Shown: positions 9,558 to 17,706, counted from the stretch's first letter. The stretch is DNA of 32,000 nt from Candidatus Electronema halotolerans (GCA_942493095.1 OW818675.1:300001-332000); one strand, 5' to 3'. Numbers and translations are program-made. Notes: generated from the letters alone by a model not told the origin.

Positions 9558-11462
9558 TCAGGCCTTGAGATCAATCTTGACGATCTTGTCGCCCGGCTGG
9601 AGGCTCTGGCCAACCTTGACGCTGACGGTTGCGACCACGCCCGCCGCTTCAGCAGTGATCGGGGTCTGCATCTTCATGGCCTCAATCACGACAAGCTGAT
9701 CTCCGGCAGCCACCTCCTGCCCCGGCTTGACATTGACCTCGCTGACGCTGGCGGCAAAAGGAGCGCGCATGTCGCCGGATGCAGCCAGTTCGGCAATTTC
9801 TTCCTTGGACAGCTTGGCCGCTGCCGGAGCCGCGCCTACAGGCTGTTCCGGCTCAAACACATAAATCCGCTCGTGGTGATCCACATTGAGATAGGCATTC
9901 GTATGGCCATCCTCAGTCTTCTGCACCGGCCCGACCTCAATCAGATGCTCCTTGCCAAAGTGGTCGCGGAAGGTGAGGGTCTCTCCAAGCGGGAAGCCGC
10001 CCAGCCGCAGGAAGATCGACGGCGGCAGCACATAAGACTTGCCGAACTCGGCCTCAAACTTGTAGAAGTTGACTGCGTCGTTGGGATGCTGGAGATAGAC
10101 CACAAGCTGCTGCTCGGTCGGCTCATAGCCGAGCCGCTCGGCCAAGGTCTGCCGCTCCTGCTCAATGTCCATGTCGGCAATGGCCTCAGCCCCGCCCTGC
10201 TCCTCCACGATCTTCTGCCAATCCTCGCCAAAGACCTTCTCATAAATCCAGTCCGCAGGCTTGGAGAACGGGAACGGCCCGTACTTGCCGAGGAGCAGGT
10301 TCTTCAGGTCGCCGGAGGGCGATTCATAGCGGCCATGCTGGACGTTGGAAACCGCTGTGGTCCACAAAATCTGCGAGCCGGGCGTGACACTCCAGAAGTT
10401 GCCCAGCTCCTCCTGCACTTTGGGCAGCTCCTTGTGGAGGATGTCCGGCATCTTATCCAAAAAACCGCCTTTGACCGCCTGCTCCAAGCTCGAACCCATC
10501 GCCCCGCCCGGCAGCTTGTGAATCTGCACCGTGGGCTGGAAGCCCTTGATCTGCGACTCGAACTGGGCATAGTGCTGCCGCTGGTCGCGCAGGACTTCGG
10601 ACGTGGCGATCACCGCCTCCTCGTCAATGCCGACTGCTGTCTTGCCGTGCGCCTTGAGGGCCTGAATCACGGTCAGAATGGGCGGCGGGCCATAGAAGCC
10701 GGTAAAGGCATGATCAGAAGCATCAACAATCTTGGCTCCGTTGAGCACGGCCTCAGTGATCCGGCCCACGTCGTTGCCGTCGGTGTTGTGGCCATGATAG
10801 TGAATGATCAGATCAGGATAGCTCTGCTTGATCGCGTCAACTAACTCGCCGATGCGGCGCGGGGTGCCAAGGCCGCCGTGGTTCTTGATGCAGAGGGTGA
10901 CATCCTCGCCAGTCACGTCTAACAGCTCGCGCACCTTGGCCACGTAATAGGCATTGGTGTGCTCCGGCCCGGTGGAGAAGCAGATGCACGGCTCGTTCAG
11001 CTTGCCCGCCTTGCCCACCTCCTCGAACACGGCCTGCATGTTCGGCACATGGTTGAGAAAGTCAAAGGTGCGCCAGACATCCACGTACTTGGCAAACTCC
11101 CGCACCGTGAAGCGGATCACGTTCTGCGGATAGGGCCGGTAGCCGAACAGGTTCACGCCCCGGCAGAGGGTCTGGAACATGGTCTTGGGCATGGCCTCGC
11201 GCAGCAGCTCCAGCTTGAGGAAGGGATCCACCTGCTTGCGGAGAATATCAACATGCACCGAGGCCCCGCCGGTGATCTCCAGCGAAAAATAGCCTGCCGC
11301 CTCCCGCGTCGGCGCGGCCAACAGATCAGTGTGGAGCAGGATGCGGTTCTTGTAGTCCGACTGGGACATGTCCCGCGTCGTGTTGGTGATGTAGTAGCCG
11401 TCGGCGGCGCGCAAGGCGGCCAGCATCGAGGCGGTGTCCATGTCTTGGGTGATTCGTGTCAT
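9558..11462 (-). CDS. pycB: Carboxyltransferase plus biotin-carrier subunit of a two-subunit pyruvate carboxylase type enzyme (alternatives: oxaloacetate decarboxylase alpha, 2-oxoglutarate carboxylase large subunit)
   Basis: 634 aa. TIM-barrel carboxyltransferase region (HYHGHNTDGNDVG). C-terminal biotinyl domain with IEAMKMQT. Same strand as a biotin carboxylase gene. Confidence 0.85.
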   Translation of the reverse strand: MTRITQDMDTASMLAALRAADGYYITNTTRDMSQSDYKNRILLHTDLLAAPTREAAGYFSLEITGGASVHVDILRKQVDPFLKLELLREAMPKTMFQTLCRGVNLFGYRPYPQNVIRFTVREFAKYVDVWRTFDFLNHVPNMQAVFEEVGKAGKLNEPCICFSTGPEHTNAYYVAKVRELLDVTGEDVTLCIKNHGGLGTPRRIGELVDAIKQSYPDLIIHYHGHNTDGNDVGRITEAVLNGAKIVDASDHAFTGFYGPPPILTVIQALKAHGKTAVGIDEEAVIATSEVLRDQRQHYAQFESQIKGFQPTVQIHKLPGGAMGSSLEQAVKGGFLDKMPDILHKELPKVQEELGNFWSVTPGSQILWTTAVSNVQHGRYESPSGDLKNLLLGKYGPFPFSKPADWIYEKVFGEDWQKIVEEQGGAEAIADMDIEQERQTLAERLGYEPTEQQLVVYLQHPNDAVNFYKFEAEFGKSYVLPPSIFLRLGGFPLGETLTFRDHFGKEHLIEVGPVQKTEDGHTNAYLNVDHHERIYVFEPEQPVGAAPAAAKLSKEEIAELAASGDMRAPFAASVSEVNVKPGQEVAAGDQLVVIEAMKMQTPITAEAAGVVATVSVKVGQSLQPGDKIVKIDLKA

Positions 11463-11534
11463 GACCTGTGTCCGTGATGATGTTGTTTCGTGCGTTGGAT
11501 GGCCGCTGGGGCAGGGGCGGTTCGTGAACCGCCC

Positions 11535-11894
11535 TTACGGATTCTCTCTTTTGCTGTCCTGACGACGCATCAGGGCTTCAACTTCCTGCTGAAGGATCGG
11601 CAAATGCCTGACAATGACTCCCCAGATGATCGCGTCATCGATTTTGTCGTAGCCGTGAATCACCCGGTTTCTCATGGAGATGATCTGCATCTTATGCGAG
11701 ATGACAAGATCAGGCGCAATTTTGTCTATCCTGTTCATCGCTTCGCCGATGATTTCAAACTCCCGCTCCACAGCCCGGCGCAGCATTTTGTTGCCCGCGT
11801 AGCAGGTGAAATCCCTCTTCTCGCCAAGGTAACTGAAGATGGAAGCGGCGGCCTCACGAATGTCGTAGAGATATTTCCTGACCAGCTCATCCAT
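11535..11894 (-). CDS. hepT: HepT-type HEPN toxin (DUF86) of an MNT/HepT toxin-antitoxin pair
   Basis: RNRVIHGY matches the R-x4-H-x-Y HEPN motif. 8-nt overlap with the upstream nucleotidyltransferase gene. Confidence 0.85.
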   Translation of the reverse strand: MDELVRKYLYDIREAAASIFSYLGEKRDFTCYAGNKMLRRAVEREFEIIGEAMNRIDKIAPDLVISHKMQIISMRNRVIHGYDKIDDAIIWGVIVRHLPILQQEVEALMRRQDSKRENP

Positions 11895-12189
11895 ACAGCT
11901 TCACTTTGCTTCGGTTGACCGCTTCAATGAAGAAGGGATTGGCAAGGGAATTCTCAGTGAGCAGATCAACCTTGCGCTGAAAGAGCTGCTCCAATTCCTC
12001 GGCAAGGCGGAAAAAGTTGTCGGCATAGTCGCCAAAGTCCATCGGCTGAAAGGCGATCAGCAGATCAATATCACTGGCTGGGCTGAACTGTTCTGTGCAG
12101 ACCGAGCCGAACGCGGACAGCGATCTGACCTTTCTGCTGGCGCACAAGGCTTTGATCTTCTCCATGTTGTCGCTGATGATCCGGTTCAT
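11887..12189 (-). CDS. mntA: MNT-type minimal nucleotidyltransferase antitoxin
   Basis: FGSVCTEQFSPASDIDLLIAF (the GS...DxD nucleotidyltransferase motif). 100 aa. Paired with HepT. Confidence 0.85.
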   Translation of the reverse strand: MNRIISDNMEKIKALCASRKVRSLSAFGSVCTEQFSPASDIDLLIAFQPMDFGDYADNFFRLAEELEQLFQRKVDLLTENSLANPFFIEAVNRSKVKLYG

Positions 12190-12202
12190 AATTTCTTCCG
12201 CA

Positions 12203-12523
12203 TCACGTCGCCCTGCCTTCAGCAGAAAGGGCGCGGGCTGACGCGGTCAGCGGAAAAATGCCTGAAAGATTCACCCGGCTGCGGGCCTGCCAGAGGTCAT
12301 AGCTGTCCTGCATCAGCAGCCAGCTTTCCGGGCTGCGGCCAAGACATTTGGACAGCCGCAGGGCCATTTCCGGGCTGACCGCGCTCTTGCCTTTGATCAG
12401 CCGGGCAAAGGTTGACGGCGCGATGCCGAGACGGAGCGCAAGGCTCCTTGGAGAAAGCTCCAGCGGCTCAAGATACACTTCGCGGATGAATTCGCCCGGA
12501 TGGGGCGGATTGTGCATGGCCAT
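12203..12523 (-). CDS. higA: HigA antitoxin (XRE-family HTH)
   Basis: HPGEFIREVYLEPLELSPRSLALRLGIAPSTFARLIKGKSAVSPEMALRLSKCLG is a typical HigA/VapI HTH. 1-nt overlap with higB. Confidence 0.9.
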   Translation of the reverse strand: MAMHNPPHPGEFIREVYLEPLELSPRSLALRLGIAPSTFARLIKGKSAVSPEMALRLSKCLGRSPESWLLMQDSYDLWQARSRVNLSGIFPLTASARALSAEGRAT

Positions 12524-12801
12524 CAGTGATAATCCTCATAATCAACGAGATAGGCGTTGCCGTCCTCAAATTTGAAGACAAGCCGCCAGTTTTTATTCAC
12601 ATTGACCGCCCATAATCCCTGCCGGTCTCCTTTCAGGCTGTGCAGCCGCCAGCCCGGAGTGTCCATGTCCTCGATGCAGAATGCCGTGTCAAGAGCGATC
12701 AGCCGGAGCCGCAGCTTCTGCTTGTGTTCCGGCTGAATCCCTGTCACCTTGCCGGTTTCAAAAAATTTTTGCAGCCCCTTATGCCTGAACGACTTGATCA
12801 T
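12523..12801 (-). CDS. higB: HigB toxin (RelE/ParE superfamily, plasmid maintenance system killer type)
   Basis: MIKSFRHKGLQKFFETG...LHSLKGDRQGLWAVNVNKNWRLVFKFEDGNAYLVDYEDYH is the typical HigB sequence pattern. Toxin-first gene order. Confidence 0.9.
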   Translation of the reverse strand: MIKSFRHKGLQKFFETGKVTGIQPEHKQKLRLRLIALDTAFCIEDMDTPGWRLHSLKGDRQGLWAVNVNKNWRLVFKFEDGNAYLVDYEDYH

Positions 12802-12846
12802 GAGCAGATTATATCCGATTACGGACGTGATGCGCTGCTAAGGGAA

Positions 12847-13140
12847 GCTGATCTGGAACAGATCAGCTTCAATCTGTCCCGGATCAGCCTTGATCCGCTG
12901 CTCGCAAAACTTGAGGCAAAGCAGATGTGAACTGAACTGCCTCGGATTGAACTTGATCTGTTGCAGATGAAGCTCTGTTTGGCTTGCCTCAAGCTCAATC
13001 CAGCTCAGATCAGGCGCTGTTTATCGCAGATGAAACCTGATTTACAGCACCTCAAACCTTATCTGTCTCAGATTACGCTCAATGCGTGCCAATGCAAGCC
13101 TGATCCAGCGCAGCTCAAGTCTGTTCCGCAGCCGCTTCAG
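12847..13140. repeat. 14 tandem degenerate 21-bp units; column consensus CTTGATCYG-NNN-CAGATCAAG (a 9-3-9 palindrome)
   Basis: Cutting 12847-13140 into 21-mers aligns every unit. C is at unit position 13 in 13 of 14 units, and T is at positions 6 and 17 in 12 of 14. Units 1 (12847-12867) and 6 (12952-12972) are perfect or near-perfect palindromes. 7 GATC sites in 294 bp. Confidence 0.8.
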
Positions 13141-14576
13141 GCCGCGTAGGCGTTGCCGCCCTTGCAGTGAATCTCGGCGATCAGCTTGGCCAGCTTGTTG
13201 ACCTCACTGGTCTCCTCCTCATAGTCAAGCAGCTGCGGGTGGGTTTCAAGAAAGGAGGTGTCAAACTGTCCAGCCTGAAAATCCGGGTCGTTGATCAGGT
13301 TCAGATAAAAGGGAATGGTGGTCTTGGGGCCGCTGATGACAAAATTGTTGAGGCTGCGGCGCAGGCGGTCAACCGTCTCATTCCATGACCAGCCGAACAC
13401 GGTCATCTTGACCAAGAGCGAGTCATAGACTTGAGGGATGACAAAACCCTGATAGCAGAAGCCGTCCAGCCGCACTCCGTAGCCGCCCGGCGAGCGATAG
13501 ACATGCACGGTCTTGCCGCCCTCTGGCATGAAGTTGTTTTTCGGGTCTTCGGCATTGATGCGCATCTCCACAGCATGGCCGCGCAGGAGCACCTCCTCCT
13601 GACTGATGGCCAAGTCCTTGCCCAAGGCCAGCTTGATCTGGGTGCGGACAATGTCAATGCCGGTGATCATCTCCGAAACCGTGTGCTCCACTTGCAGGCG
13701 GGTGTTGATCTCCATGAAGTAGAACTGGCCCTTGTCAAAGAGAAACTCAACTGTGCCCGCGTTGAAGTATTTGGCCGCCTTGGCCGCCCGGACAGCGGTC
13801 ATGCTCACCGCTTCCTGCTGCTCCGGCGTGAGCTGGAAGGCCGGGGCAATTTCCACCAGTTTCTGATTGCGGCGCTGAATGGAGCAGTCGCGGGTGCCGA
13901 GGTGGATGGTGTTGCCCTGCTTGTCAGCAATAATCTGCACCTCAACGTGCTTGGGATTGACCACCGCCTTTTCCAGATAAACAGAGTCGTCGCCAAACGC
14001 GGCCTTGGCCTCGGTGCGGGCAATGCTGTACTGCTCCTTGAGCTGGCTTTCCTGCTCAATCTTGCGGATGCCGCGCCCGCCGCCGCCTGCCGTGGCCTTG
14101 AGCATGACAGGATAGCCGTGCTCCCTGCCGAATGCCACCGCCTCCTGCAAGCCCTCGTTGCCAGCTTGCAGATTTTGCGTGCCAGGCACCATAGGAATGC
14201 CTGCCTCAGCCATGATCTTGCGGGCCATGACCTTGTTGCCCAAGTTGTCGATCACGTCCGAGGGCGGGCCGATGAAGATGATGCCCGCCTTTTCGCAGGC
14301 GCGGGCAAAGTCGGCGTTCTCGGCCAGGAAGCCGTAGCCCGGATGAATGGCCTTGGCCCCGCTTTTCTGGGCTGCGGCAATCACTTTGTCAATATTCAGA
14401 TAGTCGCAGCGCGGGCCGTGCCCTATCCAGACCGCCTCGTCCGCAGTGCGGATGTGCATGGAGTCCCGGTCAGGCGTTTCATAAATGGCGACAGCCTCGC
14501 AGTTCAGCTCCTGAATGGCCCGGATGATGCGGATGGCGATCTCACCCCGGTTGGCAACAAGTATTTTGGTCTTCAA
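13137..14576 (-). CDS. pycA: Biotin carboxylase subunit (ATP-grasp) of the two-subunit carboxylase
   Basis: KILVANRGEIAIRIIRA and KATAGGGGRGIRKI are biotin carboxylase motifs. TTG start at 14576, 8 nt after GGAAGG. Confidence 0.9.
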   Translation of the reverse strand: MKTKILVANRGEIAIRIIRAIQELNCEAVAIYETPDRDSMHIRTADEAVWIGHGPRCDYLNIDKVIAAAQKSGAKAIHPGYGFLAENADFARACEKAGIIFIGPPSDVIDNLGNKVMARKIMAEAGIPMVPGTQNLQAGNEGLQEAVAFGREHGYPVMLKATAGGGGRGIRKIEQESQLKEQYSIARTEAKAAFGDDSVYLEKAVVNPKHVEVQIIADKQGNTIHLGTRDCSIQRRNQKLVEIAPAFQLTPEQQEAVSMTAVRAAKAAKYFNAGTVEFLFDKGQFYFMEINTRLQVEHTVSEMITGIDIVRTQIKLALGKDLAISQEEVLLRGHAVEMRINAEDPKNNFMPEGGKTVHVYRSPGGYGVRLDGFCYQGFVIPQVYDSLLVKMTVFGWSWNETVDRLRRSLNNFVISGPKTTIPFYLNLINDPDFQAGQFDTSFLETHPQLLDYEEETSEVNKLAKLIAEIHCKGGNAYAA

Positions 14577-14679
14577 TGGTTCAGCCTTCCTGTCAGTTGG
14601 TGATTATTCTTGCAGCCGGTCAGATACGGCGGCCCGGGTTCCGGCTTCCTTGGCGTGCGAAGTCAGACAATAACCTGAC

Positions 14680-14708
14680 AAGATAACAGAACTCTCAGCT
14701 CTTAGCAA
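14680..14708 (-). promoter_or_regulatory. Candidate sigma-70-type promoter for pycA (TTGCTA-17 nt-TATCTT on the minus strand)
   Basis: Hexamers read directly at 14703-14708 and 14680-14685 with a 17-nt spacer. No experimental support. Confidence 0.3.
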
Positions 14709-14906
14709 GTGAAAGCTCAGGACAGCGGGGTCTCTTCAGCTTCCTTGAGGCCCATCTGAAGATGTCTGGCAGGGCCGCCGCCATTGCCGTTGTCTGCGGC
14801 AGCTTTGAAAAACACTGGCGCTTGGCGCCGCAACCGGATAAATTGCGGAATCCACAACCGGAACATACCAAAAACCGCGTGATTGCCATGAAAATGCAGG
14901 ATAAGG

Positions 14907-14940
14907 CCGCCCTGCTTGAAGTCAACAACATGACCCACTA
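14907..14940 (+). repeat. Upstream copy of a 34-bp perfect direct repeat (a fossil livG 5' coding segment, ..ALLEVNNMTHY)
   Basis: CCGCCCTGCTTGAAGTCAACAACATGACCCACTA is identical to 16114-16147. It lies in an 18-codon ORF (14888-14944, MKMQDKAALLEVNNMTHY*). Confidence 0.9.
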
Positions 14941-14989
14941 TTGAAGAGGCTGAACAACTGATCACCGATAAGGTGAAGGAGAAAACACT

Positions 14990-16000
14990 ATGAACCCGGA
15001 GCTGCGCCCAGACTTTTCCCTTACGGGAGAAGATGACATCATCAAGGAAATGATCAAACTGACCATCGGCATGATGGAGGAATCCAAGAACGGCTGCCCG
15101 CTGCGTGTCCAGCACGCCAAGGCCGCCGCCTGTGTTACCGCGACCTTTGAGATCGCTTCGGACATCCCGGCTGATCTCCGGCACGGGGTATTCAGCCAAC
15201 TGGGCAGGGTATTTGAGGCCATTGTCCGCTTCTCCACCGCCCAGGGCAAGATTCAGCCTGACAGCGAGCCGACAGCACGGGGCCTGGCCGTCAAGCTGCT
15301 TGATGTTGACGGACCTCGGGCAATGGACGGCGATGCAGACAGCAGTCAGGATATCCTGTTAGTGGATCACCCGGTGTTTCCTTTTCCTAACCCAAAAGAG
15401 TATCGGGATCTTATAAAATACAAGAGCGTGCCGCTGATAGGCGACCTTCTCGCCCTTGCCCACCTCCAGTTCTTTGAACCTGAGCAGCTTGAGATTGTTA
15501 AGGAAATCAGGAGAAAAACTGTGGCCAGCCCGCTCAACATCACCTACTGGAGCGGTGCGCCGTACTGGCTCGGCGATGCTGCCGGCACGGCAGGGCAGGC
15601 TGTGAAGTATTCCGCCGTGCCGCCTGTGATTGCTGCAGGGCCTGCTGATCTGGACAAGCTGCCTGCGGACTACCTCAGAGATGCGGTTGCCCGGCAGCTG
15701 GCTGAAGGGGAGGCGGTGTTTGACTTCAGGGTGCAGCGGCAGGGTGATTCGGTTGCAATGCCGATTGAGGATGCCTCAGTGTATTGGGATGAGCATCAGT
15801 CAGTGCCTGTGACAGTGGCTACTCTGCGGATCGGCAAGCAGGAGGTCAACAGCAGCAGCGAACTGGAGCAGCGGTGCGAAGGCATGTCGTTCAACCCCTG
15901 GCATGCGCTCATGGAGCATCGTCCGCTGGGCGGAATCAACCGGCTGCGCAAAGCGGTGTATGAGGCCAGTTTCACCGAGCGTGAACGGCGGAAGAAATAA
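14990..16000 (+). CDS. Catalase-related heme protein (small catalase-core family)
   Basis: RVQHAKAAA (distal His context), RFSTAQG...ARGLAVKL (compare catalase RFSTV...RGFAVKF), and INRLRKAVYEAS (proximal Tyr context). RBS GAAGGAG 8 nt before the ATG. Confidence 0.75.
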   Translation: MNPELRPDFSLTGEDDIIKEMIKLTIGMMEESKNGCPLRVQHAKAAACVTATFEIASDIPADLRHGVFSQLGRVFEAIVRFSTAQGKIQPDSEPTARGLAVKLLDVDGPRAMDGDADSSQDILLVDHPVFPFPNPKEYRDLIKYKSVPLIGDLLALAHLQFFEPEQLEIVKEIRRKTVASPLNITYWSGAPYWLGDAAGTAGQAVKYSAVPPVIAAGPADLDKLPADYLRDAVARQLAEGEAVFDFRVQRQGDSVAMPIEDASVYWDEHQSVPVTVATLRIGKQEVNSSSELEQRCEGMSFNPWHALMEHRPLGGINRLRKAVYEASFTERERRKK

Positions 16001-16109
16001 CCGGCGAGCAACAAAGCAATTGAAGAGGACAGTACCTGTTTCCTGTTTATCCTGCGTCTGTCCTCAGAAAAACTAAGCAAGCGATGCGCATCCGAAAGAA
16101 CACCGAACT

Positions 16110-16883
16110 ATGACCGCCCTGCTTGAAGTCAACAACATGACCCACTACTTCGGCGGCCTGCGGGCGGTCAGCGGCTTCAGCCTCACGCTGGAGCCGGGCC
16201 AGATTCATGGCCTGATAGGCCCCAACGGCGCAGGCAAGACCACGGTCTTCAACCTGATCACCGGAGTGCATCTGCCCAGCGAAGGCGAGCTGCTGCTCGA
16301 AGGCCAGAGCATCCGTGGCCTGGAGCCGCACCGCATTGCCGCGCTTGGCATTGGCCGCACCTTCCAGAACCTGCTGCTCTGGCGGCACCTGAACGTGCTC
16401 GACCACATCCGCCTTGCCCATTACAGCCAGCTCCGCTGCGGCCTGTTTGGCGCATTCTTTGGCACGCCCGCCTGCCGCCGTCAGGAGCAGGAGATCGAAG
16501 AGAACGCCCGCCGCCTTTTGGAGACTTTTGCCATCAGCCATTTTGCTGATCAGCTCGTCGGCAGCCTGCCCTATGGTGCCCAGCGGCGGGTGGAGATGGC
16601 GCGGGCTATGGCGACCAAGCCGAAAATCCTCTTTCTTGACGAACCCACTGCTGGCATGACCCCGGACGAATTAGTGCAGATGATCGGGATCATCCGCCAA
16701 GTGCATGAGGAATTCGGCGTGGCCATCCTCCTGATCGAGCACCGGATGAAGTTTGTCATGGAGCTGTGCGATGCCGTCCAGGTCTTAGTCTTCGGCGAGG
16801 TCATTGCCCAAGGGCCGCCCTCAGCTATTCAGAACAATCCCAAGGTGATTGAAGCCTATCTCGGCAGGGAGGACATTCACTGA
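16110..16883 (+). CDS. livG: Branched-chain amino acid type ABC transporter ATP-binding protein (LivG-like)
   Basis: Walker A GPNGAGKTT, signature LPYGAQRRVEMARAM, Walker B ILFLDEP, and the LivG-specific insert after the Q-loop. Confidence 0.88.
   Translation: MTALLEVNNMTHYFGGLRAVSGFSLTLEPGQIHGLIGPNGAGKTTVFNLITGVHLPSEGELLLEGQSIRGLEPHRIAALGIGRTFQNLLLWRHLNVLDHIRLAHYSQLRCGLFGAFFGTPACRRQEQEIEENARRLLETFAISHFADQLVGSLPYGAQRRVEMARAMATKPKILFLDEPTAGMTPDELVQMIGIIRQVHEEFGVAILLIEHRMKFVMELCDAVQVLVFGEVIAQGPPSAIQNNPKVIEAYLGREDIH
16114..16147 (+). repeat. Downstream copy of the 34-bp perfect direct repeat, inside the 5' end of livG
   Basis: Identical to 14907-14940 and in the same reading frame. Confidence 0.9.
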
Positions 16884-17596
16884 TGCAGCTCACGGTGGAG
16901 CATCTCTCGGTTTCCTATGGCAACATCCGCGCCCTGCACGACATCAGCTTCACGGTCGCGCAGGGCGAGATTGTCACCATTATCGGCGCGAACGGCGCGG
17001 GCAAGAGCACGGCCCTGCGGGCCATCTCCCGCATGATTCCGGCGGAATCCGGTTCCAAGATTGAATTTATGGGAGAAAGCCTGCTCAACTACAAGGCCGA
17101 CAAGGTGGTGGCCCGGCTCGGCATTTCGCATGTCCCGGAAGGCCGGATGATCTTTGGCAACCTGACTGTGGCTGAAAATTTGGCTTTGGCAGCCTTTGCC
17201 CGCAAGGACAAGGCGGCGGTGGAGCGCGACAAGCGGTGGGTCTTTGATCTTTTTCCCCGCTTGGAGGAACGCCGGGATCAGCTTGCCGGGACCCTGAGCG
17301 GCGGCGAGCAGCAGATGCTGGCTGTGGGCCGGGCCTACATCAGCGGCAGGAAAATCATGCTCTTGGATGAGCCGTCCATGGGACTTGCGCCCCTGCTGAT
17401 GCTGGACATGTTCAAGGCGCTCAAGGAGATCAACCGCAGCGGCACCACCATTCTGCTGGTCGAGCAGAACGCCCGCCTTGCCCTCAAGTTTGCCGGGCGC
17501 GGTTATGTGCTGGAGAATGGCAGGCTGGTGCTGGAAGGCAGGGCTGCGGACTTGCTCAATGATCCGGCAGTGAAGCGGGCTTATCTGGGGGCGTGA
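16883..17596 (+). CDS. livF: Branched-chain amino acid type ABC transporter ATP-binding protein (LivF-like)
   Basis: GANGAGKST, LSGGEQQMLAVGRA, IMLLDEPSMGLAP. Its start overlaps the livG stop. Confidence 0.88.
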   Translation: MQLTVEHLSVSYGNIRALHDISFTVAQGEIVTIIGANGAGKSTALRAISRMIPAESGSKIEFMGESLLNYKADKVVARLGISHVPEGRMIFGNLTVAENLALAAFARKDKAAVERDKRWVFDLFPRLEERRDQLAGTLSGGEQQMLAVGRAYISGRKIMLLDEPSMGLAPLLMLDMFKALKEINRSGTTILLVEQNARLALKFAGRGYVLENGRLVLEGRAADLLNDPAVKRAYLGA

Positions 17597-17678
17597 GAGC
17601 GGGGCTGTTTGCAGGCGCGGATGCCTGTTTGGCCGCAGTTTGCTCATCTGCCGCAGAACAATATTTCCGCAAAACTGA

Positions 17679-17706
17679 TTGACAGGCCGCAGGCGGCAGC
17701 TATGAT
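17679..17706 (+). promoter_or_regulatory. Candidate sigma-70 promoter upstream of feoA (TTGACA-16 nt-TATGAT)
   Basis: -35 TTGACA at 17679-17684 and -10 TATGAT at 17701-17706. Confidence 0.45.

Noticed and set aside
12847-13140. Possible CRISPR array
   Set aside because: The units are contiguous with no spacers, degenerate and only 21 bp long. No cas genes are present in the window.
12961-13149. 62-aa ORF with a striking 7-residue periodicity (QMKLCLA CLKLNPA QIRRCLS QMKPDLQ ...), and the similar tail of ORF 12640..12930
   Set aside because: The periodicity is simply the translation of the 21-bp DNA repeat. The consensus is palindromic, so every frame looks periodic. There is no RBS, the ORF runs antisense into pycA, and the equivalent minus-strand frame has stops.
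14762-14944. 60-aa ORF upstream of the catalase-related gene
   Set aside because: Its C-terminus is the duplicated livG 5' fragment and the rest has no motif. It is best read as a rearrangement scar. At most, the last 18 codons (14888-14944) form a fossil or leader mini-ORF.
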